Shown: positions 10,082 through 20,846, numbered from the stretch's first letter. The stretch: DNA of 64,000 nt from Ignavibacteria bacterium (GCA_017303675.1 JAFLBX010000002.1:1300411-1364410), one strand, 5' to 3'. Numbers and translations: made by a program. The notes: generated from the sequence alone by a model not told the origin.

Positions 10082-12379
10082 TCAGGGTCCTTGTGGAGGG
10101 GTTTCCTGAGTCCCTGGATCAGTCGGAGCAGGATTTTCTTCATTTTTATTAGAAGGATCCTGTTCGTTAGTCTTTTCCTTATTGCCCTCTTCAAGCTCTT
10201 TTAATAGCTGCATCGGGTCGATATTATTGTTGTTTTCTGTCCCGTCTGATTTTTTTTCAGGTTCACTGGTATTATTAAGCTCACCCGGCGGCTGGTTTAC
10301 AGGATCTTTCACTTCCTGCTGCTGCGTATTTGAGCCTGTTGTATCTGTTTTATTTACATTATTGAATGTTTCATACTCTTCAACTTTCTGCATTACCATA
10401 GCAGCAGCTTCAGAATTTGGTTTATCTTTAACCAGCATTGAATAAAAATAATATGCACTGTCATTACTGTTCAGAACATTTTCGCAAATCCAGCCTGCTC
10501 CTAAGTATGCTCGTTCAATATGAACGGATGCAGGAAATGTATTTATCAATGCTTTAAAATCATCAAGCGCGGCACGGAATTCCTTATTTACAAATTTTGA
10601 TTCTGCAGCAGAATAAATTGAATCACCGGCATCATTACCTGTTTGATCGACCACAGAAAGATTTAATAGCTTTCTGCTAGAATTAGCAACAGCTGAAAGC
10701 GGGTAATTACTGATAATACTGTTCAATATTTCATCACTTTTAGCATATTGCTCCTGTTTTCTGTATAGCGCTGAAAGAGCAAATAAAACTTTAGCGCTGA
10801 AATCATAATCTTTTGATTCATCAAAAGCTTCCTTCAGGTAGAATTCGCAGGAATCTGCCCTGTTCAAATCATAAAGAAACAATTCCGCAAGCTCAAATTT
10901 TGCTGCAGAAATTTCTTTTTCCCTGACAGCAGAAGTATCTACGATCGTAAAAATTGAATCCCCGGTTGATAAAATACTGTCTGCTATATTGAACCCGGGT
11001 ACACCGCCTGATTTTCCGTTATCACCTTCTTTGTTAGGCAGCTTATTAGGGTCATTGTTTTTATCAAAATCTTTAGTTGTCTTCTTTTTAAACTCATTAT
11101 TGTATTCAGTATTTATCTTTTCACCGGCTATAACAGATCTCAGTTCAAAATATCTTTTATAAATATTGGCTTTATTTAAAGCTTCTTTATAAAAAGTACC
11201 TGTATTGCTTTGTTCGGTTGAAAAGCGGTAATACATAAATGCGTTGAAGTAATCATTTTTTGTTTCATAATAATTGCCAAGCTTATAGCTGGCATCAGCT
11301 GAAGGAATCGTTGCCGGGAAATTTTTAATAACATAATAATACTGTGTAATGGATAACTTCCCGTCTTTCTTTTCATCATAGTAAACACCTTTAAGGAAAT
11401 TCACCTGCCCGAGGTTAGCGGGGATATCTTTGTATTTTATTTCCAGGTCTTCAATTATATCTGATGCTCCGCTGAAATTTCCGGAAGCGATCATATTTTT
11501 AGCTGTATTAAAGCGGGCAAGATATTCAAGATCATAAGAAGCATTATAATCCAATACTTTGTCAAACTCTTTTGCAGCAAGCTTTTGATCTGTTCTTGAA
11601 ATAACAGATGCAACAAGGAACTGCATCTGCGCTTTGAACTCACTGTCATCTGAAAGCTCTATAGCTTTCTTGAAATTCTTTATAGAATTTTCATAATCCT
11701 TCTTATTCAGCTGGTATTCAGCCAACGACTGGTAACTTTCAGAAACTACGTGTTTATCTTTTGAGGTCTTTATCAGCGCATCCAGTCTTTCAAGAGCAGG
11801 TTTTTCATTCTCAAGCCTAATTTGTGTTTTTGCCAGGTAAAGCAGCGCTTCATCAAGATAGCGGCTTGATTTAAGCCTCGAGATGAATTCACTGAATTTT
11901 CGTTCAGCTTTTAAATAATCACCAAGGAAAAAGTATGATTTACCGATAAGCAGAACAGAACGGTCCATATACTCACTGCTTTTGTGATACTGAATTACCT
12001 TTGATGCTTTTTCGATTGCTATATTGAATTTATCAATTGACTCCTGTGATAACCTGGGCTTGGCAAAAATTGAATCCTGCCGTTCATTATAGTTTGCCAG
12101 TATTCGGGTTGCATAATCATCGTATGCATCGTTAAAGTTCTCGTTGGCATTAAAAAATGTATTAAAGTAAGTGCTGAAGTTCTCTATCCTGTTGCCGATA
12201 AACATAAATCCGGTAAAATCCTGGAATTCAGGGGTAAGAGTTATATCATAATTAGGCTCAGGGTCATCAATATTTTTATTGGGTTCTTCTTTGTATGTTT
12301 TATAATTGAAAGTTGAACAGGCTGAAATAGCCAAAAGAAGTAAAAAAACGGGTATTTTAAGAAAATTGGGGTTTTTCAT
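10082..12379 (-). CDS. sprE: TPR lipoprotein, SprE/PorW-like T9SS component
   Basis: Lipobox AISAC; YFNTFFNA and IEKASKVIQYH...LLIGKSYF segments resembling SprE; many TPRs; acidic Pro-rich tail. Confidence 0.6.
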   Translation of the reverse strand: MKNPNFLKIPVFLLLLAISACSTFNYKTYKEEPNKNIDDPEPNYDITLTPEFQDFTGFMFIGNRIENFSTYFNTFFNANENFNDAYDDYATRILANYNERQDSIFAKPRLSQESIDKFNIAIEKASKVIQYHKSSEYMDRSVLLIGKSYFFLGDYLKAERKFSEFISRLKSSRYLDEALLYLAKTQIRLENEKPALERLDALIKTSKDKHVVSESYQSLAEYQLNKKDYENSIKNFKKAIELSDDSEFKAQMQFLVASVISRTDQKLAAKEFDKVLDYNASYDLEYLARFNTAKNMIASGNFSGASDIIEDLEIKYKDIPANLGQVNFLKGVYYDEKKDGKLSITQYYYVIKNFPATIPSADASYKLGNYYETKNDYFNAFMYYRFSTEQSNTGTFYKEALNKANIYKRYFELRSVIAGEKINTEYNNEFKKKTTKDFDKNNDPNKLPNKEGDNGKSGGVPGFNIADSILSTGDSIFTIVDTSAVREKEISAAKFELAELFLYDLNRADSCEFYLKEAFDESKDYDFSAKVLFALSALYRKQEQYAKSDEILNSIISNYPLSAVANSSRKLLNLSVVDQTGNDAGDSIYSAAESKFVNKEFRAALDDFKALINTFPASVHIERAYLGAGWICENVLNSNDSAYYFYSMLVKDKPNSEAAAMVMQKVEEYETFNNVNKTDTTGSNTQQQEVKDPVNQPPGELNNTSEPEKKSDGTENNNNIDPMQLLKELEEGNKEKTNEQDPSNKNEENPAPTDPGTQETPPQGP

Positions 12380-12590
12380 CAGCTAAAATTAAGCTTTTAT
12401 AATAGAAATTACAATGATTATTTGAATTTAAAACGTTATTTGGCTTAAATAAATTTCATAATATCATAAAATACTTGAAATTATTCTTTAATAAAATCAG
12501 TTACCTTAGTATAGATATTTAATGGTTGATTTTGCATATAATTAATAATATAATTCAGGATATTTCCAAAAAAATAACAAAAAATCACAA

Positions 12591-14567
12591 ATGAAAAGCA
12601 AATCTATTTTATTGTTTTTAATTGTTTTTTCGTTTTGTATCAATGCCTATGGGCAAATTGATCCGAACGTTCCCTTTTCAGATAAAAAATTCAAAACGAA
12701 TGTAATAATGCCTAAGGTATATCCTCTTGAGCCGTATGGCATTGATCTTATCACCATACCTGTTGGTGCATTTGATAACTACCAGGTATCTTCAAGTAAT
12801 GGTTTTGCTGAAACAGACATTGCCGTAAATCCAAGAGATCCGTTAAACTTTGTTGCTACTGATAACAGAGTAACAGGTTTTGCAGGAACCCCGCTTATTT
12901 ATTATACAACAGATGGTGGCGTAAGCTGGCTCAGTACTTCTATTTCTTCAAATCAGGGTGACCCTGTATTTGCAGCTGATAGTTTAGGCAACTTTTACTG
13001 CGCATTGCTTTCCAGCGGTATCAGACTTTTAAAATCTACCAACAAAGGTGTTAGCTGGACAAATTTAGGTAACATTGTAAATAATGCGAATGCAGATAAA
13101 GAATGGATTGCTGCAGACCAAACTGGCGGTCCGTACCAAAACCATGTTTACATGGCTTATGTGAATTTTTCAACCGGCGCAAGCGTAGATTTCCACCGTT
13201 CAACAAACAACGGCACTACATGGAGCTTTGTAGGCAACATGGGAACTGGTACACCTAACCCCGGACCCGATGTAGCAGTAGGACCGGGCGGAAGAGTTTA
13301 CCTCGCATGGTATAATGGCGGTACTGTTGTTAAAGTATCAACAGATGGCGGCGCAACATTTGCAGCTAATGTTCAGGCATCAACCCACTCAACCCCGGGT
13401 ACAATAGGACCAGGCGGAAGATATGTTTTAAAAACAAATATCCGCGTAAATGGAATGCCGCATATTGCTGTAGATATGTCATCAACTTCAAGAAGAGGTT
13501 ACATATATAATGTTTATGCTACCAATCCTCCCGGACCCGATGCTGCAGATATATTCTGCACTCGCTCAACCGATGGAGGAGCAACTTGGAGCAATGCAAG
13601 CCCGGTAAGAGTAAATGATGATACAGGCTTTATGGATCAGTGGATGCCCGATGTGAGTGTTGACCTACAGGGCAGAGTTTGGGTTATGTGGTGGGATTCA
13701 AGAAATGATGACCCTACAAATAATCTCACAGAAACATGGGGCGCAGTTTCTACAGATGGCGGCTTAACATTCACCAATTTCAAGATCGGCAGCGCTTTTA
13801 ATCCTGCGGTTATAAAAGTTAACCAGGGAGATCATTATTACTTAGGTGATTACCAGGGTATTGCAGGTAGGAATATTACTTTCCCGTTCTATACCGGACA
13901 GAACAATACATTACAGGATTTCACTGCTTACTTGCCTGATTTTGGTATTTCATTCAATAAATCAATCGATAGCATCAATGCCGGTTCAACTTCTGTTGTA
14001 AGAATGAGAAACCCGGTTATGGGTCCTTACTCAGGAACCGTTACATATACTACCAGCATTTCACCATCTCCATCACCCGGAACATTAACACCTACATTTT
14101 CACCGGGTAATGTAAGGAATTTTACCGGTGCTGCTGATTCAGTTCTTATCAACACAACATCAACTGCTAATGTACCGCTGGGACTTTATACAGTAACAGT
14201 TACCGGTACAGAATCCGGCGGACCCAGAACACACAACAGAACTTACCAGATAAGAGTAGGTAACTTTGTAGGTATACAGCAGAATGGCTCAGAAGTTCCG
14301 CAGGTTTATTCATTGCAGCAGAACTATCCGAATCCGTTCAACCCTGTAACAAATATAAAATTCAGCCTGCCAAAAGGCTCATTTGTTACACTTAAAGTGT
14401 ATGATTTGCTCGGCAAAGAAGTTGCTTCGCTTGTGAACAACCTCAATCTTGCAGCCGGAAATTATACTTATGATTTCAATGCTGTTAATATCCCGAGCGG
14501 AATTTACTTCTATAAATTATCAGCAGGTGAATTTTCAGATGTGAAGAAAATGACACTGATAAAGTAA
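12591..14567 (+). CDS. T9SS-secreted BNR/sialidase-like protein with type A CTD
   Basis: Signal peptide; STDGG repeats; DKEW, RVNDD, GDY motifs; QNYPNPFNP CTD. Confidence 0.85.
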   Translation: MKSKSILLFLIVFSFCINAYGQIDPNVPFSDKKFKTNVIMPKVYPLEPYGIDLITIPVGAFDNYQVSSSNGFAETDIAVNPRDPLNFVATDNRVTGFAGTPLIYYTTDGGVSWLSTSISSNQGDPVFAADSLGNFYCALLSSGIRLLKSTNKGVSWTNLGNIVNNANADKEWIAADQTGGPYQNHVYMAYVNFSTGASVDFHRSTNNGTTWSFVGNMGTGTPNPGPDVAVGPGGRVYLAWYNGGTVVKVSTDGGATFAANVQASTHSTPGTIGPGGRYVLKTNIRVNGMPHIAVDMSSTSRRGYIYNVYATNPPGPDAADIFCTRSTDGGATWSNASPVRVNDDTGFMDQWMPDVSVDLQGRVWVMWWDSRNDDPTNNLTETWGAVSTDGGLTFTNFKIGSAFNPAVIKVNQGDHYYLGDYQGIAGRNITFPFYTGQNNTLQDFTAYLPDFGISFNKSIDSINAGSTSVVRMRNPVMGPYSGTVTYTTSISPSPSPGTLTPTFSPGNVRNFTGAADSVLINTTSTANVPLGLYTVTVTGTESGGPRTHNRTYQIRVGNFVGIQQNGSEVPQVYSLQQNYPNPFNPVTNIKFSLPKGSFVTLKVYDLLGKEVASLVNNLNLAAGNYTYDFNAVNIPSGIYFYKLSAGEFSDVKKMTLIK

Positions 14568-14587
14568 TACTTATATTTTTAGCTTTT

Positions 14588-14616
14588 AAAGGGCGCTCAA
14601 ATGAGCGCCTTTTTTT
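14588..14616 (+). terminator. Rho-independent terminator
   Basis: GGCGCTCA-AA-TGAGCGCC followed by T7. Confidence 0.85.
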
Positions 14617-14639
14617 GTACAGTCCCGCTGGGACGTCTC
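14617..14639. repeat. Intergenic copy of the GTAGAGACG-type palindrome
   Basis: gtcccgctgggacgtctc (14622-14639) is identical to 49183-49200. Confidence 0.75.
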
Positions 14640-14771
14640 AGTTTAACGACTCCTGAAAGGCTTCGGCTACAACGGCAAAAAGAATGCTTTGCAACGAGAA
14701 CTGCAATCTTCCCTTTTTCACTGAACAATTATAATTATATTTGAAGAACCACACATATAAAATATACTGAT

Positions 14772-17390
14772 ATGAAATCAATACTTACTGTTTTCGTTAT
14801 CTTTTTATCCCTGCTAAATTCAATTGATATAAATTCACAGGATTTTAATCTCTTCAACCCCTCAAACGAATTATATTTATTTTCTGCATATGATGAAGGC
14901 TCAAATGCTTTCCGTTACAATCCCGCAGTATTGGGACTGGGACACCGGCTGAATTTTACCATTAATGCTTTAAATCACCAGGCATCATTCAACGGATTGA
15001 ATGAGCTTGATATTTCCATTAACGCTGGTTTTCTTGGGCTTGCATTCCGCAGATATACAGACAACAAAGATTTCACAACAAATTATGATTCTGATCTTTT
15101 TGGTAATCTGATTGAATATTCAGGTTTTGGCAGATTAAGCAGATATACTATCAGTACTTATTCAATGGGATTTGGATTTGGGAATAAATCATTATCAGCA
15201 GGTATTTTGCTTGAATTTCTTCACAGAAGCGGATTCGTTTCACCTGCAAATGTAAATTCAGGTTTCCCATCTTTTCGCGGGGGATTGGGAATTCTTTACA
15301 GGCCTAATCCACATTTATCATTTTCCTTTGTATATAATAGTGATGACGCGATGACAATAATGCATCACACTACAGATAAATTTACACTTGGCACAGCTAT
15401 AAGGCCTTTAAAAAACGATCGTTTGACATTAATGACTGATTTTTCTGCATTCAGGTATGGATCAAACTTTACTAAATACAACAAACTTAAAGCCGGGGCA
15501 GAACTAAAGATAGCCGATGGTTTATATCTGAATGTAAATTACACACGCAACCGGGAAGAAATTCGAAATGAATTTATTGGAGGCGGAATAAGAGTTGACT
15601 TCCCAAACGGCAGCTTCAGGTATAATCATATTTTTAATAATAGCAGAGAAAAATTAATTTATTATGATAACCTTTTTCCTGAATACAGTGTTTATAATAA
15701 TTCCGTAGGAAATAATTTCTCTTTCATAGGCTCACAATTCTCGTTATCATACAACATTGAACGCAGGAAAAGTTTAATACCTGAGAAGAAAAAAATAGTT
15801 GAAATAACACTCTCCGGTTCACTGCAGGATTACAACACAGAAGATGTTTTCTTCGGGCTTCTTGGCAAAGGTAAACGCAGTATCCACGAGGTAATTGGTG
15901 ATATTGATTATGCTGCCGCCGATCCCAGCGTAAAAGGGATGATACTTAAAATGTACCCCCTGGCATCAGGCAGGTTTGAAATAAACGCGGCAATAGAAGA
16001 GCTGACTGCATCTATGTCACGTTTCCGCTCAAAGAATAAGACAATCACTGTATATTTTCCTCAGGATGTTGGCCCCGGTGGCTATTATATTTCAACTTTT
16101 GCCGATGATATAGTTATGCCCGCCGAAGCTATCTTCTTTTACGGGCTCAGTATTAATGTCTTCAACTATAACAGCTTCCTTGAAAAATACGGAATAGACC
16201 TTCAGACATTTCATGCAGGAAAGTACAAGCTCACCTTCCAGGGCTTGCTGGATTCAACAACAGAAGAAGGCAAAGAAGTAATTAACCGTGTACTGGATAT
16301 TGTTTACGAAAAAATGCTTTCCAGAATTGTTACAGGCCGAAACCTGACACTTGATGATTACATGATTGAAAAGCTCTCACAGCCATTGACCGGCAGCGAA
16401 GCATACAGGCTGGGGCTTGTTGATAAGCTTGGGTGGTATGAAGATGCGAAAGAAATTGCAGCGGATAATTCACGAACCAATAATGTGGTGAGATCTTTTA
16501 ACAGGAGTGAATGGGATAACAGCTGGGGTGAACCGCCGCAAATAGCCGTTATCGGAGTGTACGCCAGCATTACAACAGGTGAAAGCGAGCCTCCCCCGCC
16601 GGTTTCACTGCCAATTCCGTTCGTAGGCGGAGGAAGATCGACCGGCAGTGAAACAGTAGTTAAGCAGCTTGAAGATGCCTTTGCAAATCCGAAAGTTAAG
16701 GCTATTGTGTTAAGGGTTGATTCAGGCGGCGGTTCAGCTTTGGGTTCCGCTGAAATTAATGCAGCAATTATAAGACTGAAGAAAAAATATAAGAAACCGT
16801 TCATAGTTTCCATGGGCGGCGCAGCGGCTTCCGGTGGATATTACGTATCAGCCAGCGCTGATAAAATTTTCTCTGATGAGCTCACTATTACAGGAAGTAT
16901 TGGAGTGTTTACTGCACGACCAAATCTCGACAGCCTTTTAAAAGGACAAAATATAAAAGTTGAGAATTTTAAGCGCGGCGAAAATTCAGATATAGGTTCT
17001 TTTTATAAAGAGCTTGATGAAAAAGAGATCGAAATAATTCAGGGTATTATTGACTATTATTATGACCGTTTCACCGAAGCAGTTGCTGAAGGCAGAAAAA
17101 TGACGCGTGAAGAAGCGGAAGAAGTTGCCCAGGGAAGGGTTTGGCTTGGTACTGATGCGTTCAACAAAAAGCTTGTGGATGAAATCGGCGGTCTGTATGA
17201 AGCTGTTAAATATGCAAAGAATAAATCAGGTATTTCAGGTAAGTATAAGATCGTTTATTATTCCGTTCCCGGAGGGAATAAAATCAATGAAATCATGACA
17301 TCTTCTGTTATTGGATATTTCCAGTCACATTTAATAGATATGCTGGGAATTGATGAATCTAACAGCGATGGGCTTGAAATAAAGTATTAA
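14772..17390 (+). CDS. sppA: Signal peptide peptidase SppA (S49, two domains) with a long N-terminal putative beta-barrel
   Basis: LRVDSGGGS, SMGGAAASGGYY (Ser), GKYK (Lys), TGSIGV, QGRVWLG; N-terminal ~330 aa with YNPAVLG and alternating strand pattern. Confidence 0.85.
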   Translation: MKSILTVFVIFLSLLNSIDINSQDFNLFNPSNELYLFSAYDEGSNAFRYNPAVLGLGHRLNFTINALNHQASFNGLNELDISINAGFLGLAFRRYTDNKDFTTNYDSDLFGNLIEYSGFGRLSRYTISTYSMGFGFGNKSLSAGILLEFLHRSGFVSPANVNSGFPSFRGGLGILYRPNPHLSFSFVYNSDDAMTIMHHTTDKFTLGTAIRPLKNDRLTLMTDFSAFRYGSNFTKYNKLKAGAELKIADGLYLNVNYTRNREEIRNEFIGGGIRVDFPNGSFRYNHIFNNSREKLIYYDNLFPEYSVYNNSVGNNFSFIGSQFSLSYNIERRKSLIPEKKKIVEITLSGSLQDYNTEDVFFGLLGKGKRSIHEVIGDIDYAAADPSVKGMILKMYPLASGRFEINAAIEELTASMSRFRSKNKTITVYFPQDVGPGGYYISTFADDIVMPAEAIFFYGLSINVFNYNSFLEKYGIDLQTFHAGKYKLTFQGLLDSTTEEGKEVINRVLDIVYEKMLSRIVTGRNLTLDDYMIEKLSQPLTGSEAYRLGLVDKLGWYEDAKEIAADNSRTNNVVRSFNRSEWDNSWGEPPQIAVIGVYASITTGESEPPPPVSLPIPFVGGGRSTGSETVVKQLEDAFANPKVKAIVLRVDSGGGSALGSAEINAAIIRLKKKYKKPFIVSMGGAAASGGYYVSASADKIFSDELTITGSIGVFTARPNLDSLLKGQNIKVENFKRGENSDIGSFYKELDEKEIEIIQGIIDYYYDRFTEAVAEGRKMTREEAEEVAQGRVWLGTDAFNKKLVDEIGGLYEAVKYAKNKSGISGKYKIVYYSVPGGNKINEIMTSSVIGYFQSHLIDMLGIDESNSDGLEIKY

Positions 17391-17401
17391 TTGAAAGTAA
17401 T

Positions 17402-17649
17402 TTTTGCGGGGAGAATTTACGAAGCAAATTCGAAGCGGCGATCTAAATTGTGGAAGTAATGCAATTTACATAAATTGAAAGTTTATGGTCTGGATTCTTC
17501 ATCGCTTCGCTCCTCAGAATGACAAACCTTTGCGAGGAAAAACTGCGTAGCAGTTTTGACGCGGCAATCTTATTTGTGGTAATGTGGGGATAGACGTATG
17601 AGGAAAGTTTATAGTCTGGATTCTTCGTCGCTTCGCTCCTCAGAATGAC
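17402..17649. repeat. Two tandem bipartite palindromic units (left arm TTTGCGRGGA-hairpin-GRCGYGGCAATCT, right arm GATTCTTCRTCGCTTCGCTCCTCAGAATGAC)
   Basis: 17477-17523 and 17603-17649 match at 45/47 positions; left arms at 17406-17444 and 17532-17570. Confidence 0.85.
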
Positions 17650-17721
17650 TAAACTTTTCCCACGGAACTTTCACGCCATTATAGGGGTATAAATCAATAA
17701 TAATTAATTTGTCATGTAAAT

Positions 17722-19023
17722 ATGAAAAACCTGGTATTTTTTGCCTCATTATTATTGATTACCGCAGTAATATATGCACAATCTCCCTACCGTAATATAA
17801 AAATTACAGATGAAAATTCACCAAGCGAAGTTACTATATCTTTTAATCCGGTAAATCCAATGAACCTGGTAGCGGCAGCTAATATTGAATCTTACTTCTA
17901 CAGCTTTGATGGCGGTCTCACATGGCAAATAAGAAAGCTTGAATCTACATTCGGTGTTTATGGTGACCCGTGCATAATTGCTGATGTGCGCGGCAATTTT
18001 TATTATTTCCATCTTTCCAATTCATATTCAGAAGGCGGTAAGTGGCTCGATAGAATTATTTGCCAGAAATCAGAAGACGGCGGCATATCATGGTCTAACG
18101 GAACATATATGGGAGCAAATCCGCCCCACCTGCAGGATAAAGAATGGGGAGCGGTTGACCAGACCTTTTCACCTTTCAGAAATAACATTTACTGCGCATG
18201 GACACAATGCGGGCAGCATAAATACAGCGAAGAAGGCACTGCATTAAATCCGCTTGACAGCGCCTCAAATATTATTTTCAGCTATTCAACTGATGGCGGT
18301 GAAACATGGGCAGAAAGAAAAAGGATAAACGAGCTATCAGGGGCAGAATGCTCCGATGCGGGAGCCACTACACTTGGTGTTGTGCCGTGTGTTGGACTCA
18401 ATGGTGAAGTTTATCTTACCTGGTGCTCGCCTTACGGACTAATGCTTGACCGTTCTACAGACGGAGGTATAACTTTCTGGGAAAAAGATGTTAAGGTAGC
18501 TGATCTTCCCGGTACTTTCAGGTTTAAGGTGCCCGGTGTTTACCGTACCTTCGGCTTTCCTTCAATGGTTTGTGATATGAGCAACGGCAGCAACCGCGGA
18601 ACTTTATATATTAGCTGGAGCGATCAGAAAAACGGGTATGAAAATACAGATGTATGGATAAGCAGCTCAACCAATGAAGGCATAACATGGGCTCCCCCGG
18701 TAAAAGTAAATGATGATACAGAGGCAAAACACCAGTTTTTTAACTGGATGACAATTGACCAGGTAACGGGCATTATTTATATTGTGTTTTATGACAGAAG
18801 GAATTACGATGATGATATGACTGATGTTTACCTGGCATCATCAAGTGATGGCGGAAAGACTTTTTTGAACGAAAGGATAAGTGATTCACCTTTCTACCCT
18901 CTGGCTGAAACATTTATGGGTGATTATACAAATGTAATTGCAGTAAACGGAATGGTAAGACCCATCTGGACACGGCTTGACAGCAACAAGCTAAGTATAT
19001 ATACAGCAATAATTGATAAATAG
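17722..19023 (+). CDS. Secreted BNR/sialidase-like protein, no T9SS CTD
   Basis: Signal peptide; GDP, QDKEW, STDGG, KVNDD, YDRR, FMGDY; ends at IYTAIIDK. Confidence 0.8.
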   Translation: MKNLVFFASLLLITAVIYAQSPYRNIKITDENSPSEVTISFNPVNPMNLVAAANIESYFYSFDGGLTWQIRKLESTFGVYGDPCIIADVRGNFYYFHLSNSYSEGGKWLDRIICQKSEDGGISWSNGTYMGANPPHLQDKEWGAVDQTFSPFRNNIYCAWTQCGQHKYSEEGTALNPLDSASNIIFSYSTDGGETWAERKRINELSGAECSDAGATTLGVVPCVGLNGEVYLTWCSPYGLMLDRSTDGGITFWEKDVKVADLPGTFRFKVPGVYRTFGFPSMVCDMSNGSNRGTLYISWSDQKNGYENTDVWISSSTNEGITWAPPVKVNDDTEAKHQFFNWMTIDQVTGIIYIVFYDRRNYDDDMTDVYLASSSDGGKTFLNERISDSPFYPLAETFMGDYTNVIAVNGMVRPIWTRLDSNKLSIYTAIIDK

Positions 19024-19074
19024 GTTGCAATTTTTTACAGGCATTCGTTCGTTTTTTCATATTACGTGATATCA

Positions 19075-19117
19075 TTTTGCGGGGAGAAATTGCGGAGCAA
19101 TTTCGACGTGGCAATCT
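19075..19117. repeat. Solo left arm of the bipartite palindromic element
   Basis: TTTTGCGGGGA-GAAATTGC-GGA-GCAATTTC-GACGTGGCAATCT. Confidence 0.75.
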
Positions 19118-19256
19118 TATCATTGCTGCAGCTTTACTATCACCTATAAATACAGGTTTTTTTGAGTTTTAAATTTCCATATAAATTCGTTTTCATTATC
19201 CCTTTAAAATCATAACTAAATTGAGTATTTTACGATATAATCATTAAATATCACAA

Positions 19257-20840
19257 ATGAAAACTACTATTGCTGTAATTTTATTATTCATTACCTCATC
19301 CATATACTCTCAGTCATCCTATACCAATATCCAGATAAGCGGAAACGGAGGCCCTAATGAACCTTCGATATGCGTAAATCCGAAAAATACCAATCAAATT
19401 GTAGCAGGCGCAAATACAGATAAAGTTTACCGCTCTTCAGATGGCGGGTTAACATGGACAAGCAGCATACTATCAGGTACATATACTGTGTGGGGAGACC
19501 CCTGCATTATTACCGATACACTTGGAAATTTTTATTACTTCCACTTGGTTAACGGCGCAAGCTTTATTGACAGAATGGGTGTAAATAAATCAACTAATGC
19601 TGGTGCAACATGGAATGCCGGTACATACTGGCAGTTCAATGGAAAGCAGCAGGATAAAGAATGGGCTATCACAGACTGGACCCACGGCCCGCGCGGAAAC
19701 TGGATGTATGTTGCGTGGACTGAGTTCGATGATTACGGAGTATCAAATCCTGCGGATAGTTCAAGAATATTGTTTGCCCGTTCAACTGATCAGGGGGCAA
19801 CTTTCACCGGTATTAAAAGGCTTAGCCGCTACGGCGGCAACTGTGTTGATGAAGATTATACCACGGAAGGTTCAGTTCCGGCAGTGGGACCTAACGGTGA
19901 AGTATATGTTGCATGGTCCGGTCCCCTAGGCGTTAACAACTTTAAAATATTTTTTGATAGATCAACCGATGGTGGTTCAACATGGCTTGAAAACGATATA
20001 GTTGCAGGCACTCAGCGCGGCGGCTGGGATTATGTTGTAGCCGGAATTTACAGATCAAACGGCCTCCCGATAACTTTATGCGATATCAGCAACTCGCCTT
20101 ACCGCGGAACAATTTATGTTAATTATACAGATAGCGCAGGTCCCGCTGACCACGATGTTATGCTTATCAAATCAACAGATGGCGGCAATACATGGAGCTC
20201 ACCGATAAGAATAAACGATGACCCGGCCGGAAAAGAACAGTTCTTCACATGGATGACAATTGACCAGGTTACAGGTCATTTATATTGTGTGTTTTATGAC
20301 AGGAGAAACTATTCAAACACACAAACAGATGTTTATATGGCACGCTCAACAAACGGCGGTGTTACATGGGTGAACGAAAGATTAAGCTCTTCACCTTTCA
20401 CACCGGCATCCAATATTTTCTTCGGTGATTATACCAACATATCAGCGCATAACGGAGTTGTAAGGCCTATATGGATCAGGCTGGTATCAGGTACTTTAAG
20501 CGTTTGGACAGCAATCATTAACTTCCCGGTTGGAGTTGAACCCATTTCCACTGAAATTCCTTCAGCATTCGCATTGAAGCAGAATTATCCCAATCCTTTC
20601 AACCCTGTTACGAGAATTGATTTTGACGTTCCCGCAACCGGCGGAAATGATTCACGTGATATTACAATAAAAATTTATGATGTGAACGGAAAAGAAGCTG
20701 CTGTTATTGTGAATGGCAAGCTTTCACCGGGTTCATATAAATATGAATGGGATGCTTCATCTTATCCCAGTGGTGTATATTTTTACCAGCTTTCATCAGG
20801 CAGTTACACAGAAACCAAAAAAATGATTCTAACCAAATAA
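19257..20840 (+). CDS. T9SS-secreted BNR/sialidase-like protein with type A CTD
   Basis: Same motif set as neighbours plus QNYPNPFNP CTD. Confidence 0.85.
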   Translation: MKTTIAVILLFITSSIYSQSSYTNIQISGNGGPNEPSICVNPKNTNQIVAGANTDKVYRSSDGGLTWTSSILSGTYTVWGDPCIITDTLGNFYYFHLVNGASFIDRMGVNKSTNAGATWNAGTYWQFNGKQQDKEWAITDWTHGPRGNWMYVAWTEFDDYGVSNPADSSRILFARSTDQGATFTGIKRLSRYGGNCVDEDYTTEGSVPAVGPNGEVYVAWSGPLGVNNFKIFFDRSTDGGSTWLENDIVAGTQRGGWDYVVAGIYRSNGLPITLCDISNSPYRGTIYVNYTDSAGPADHDVMLIKSTDGGNTWSSPIRINDDPAGKEQFFTWMTIDQVTGHLYCVFYDRRNYSNTQTDVYMARSTNGGVTWVNERLSSSPFTPASNIFFGDYTNISAHNGVVRPIWIRLVSGTLSVWTAIINFPVGVEPISTEIPSAFALKQNYPNPFNPVTRIDFDVPATGGNDSRDITIKIYDVNGKEAAVIVNGKLSPGSYKYEWDASSYPSGVYFYQLSSGSYTETKKMILTK

Positions 20841-20846
20841 AACCAA

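Noticed and set aside
17402-17649. Possible CRISPR array (repeat-spacer-repeat)
   Set aside because: Only two units, period ~126 bp, bipartite arms, dispersed copies elsewhere and no cas genes in the window
18914-19123. ORF starting MIRLPRRNCS
   Set aside because: Reverse translation of the solo repeat arm; antisense to a real gene
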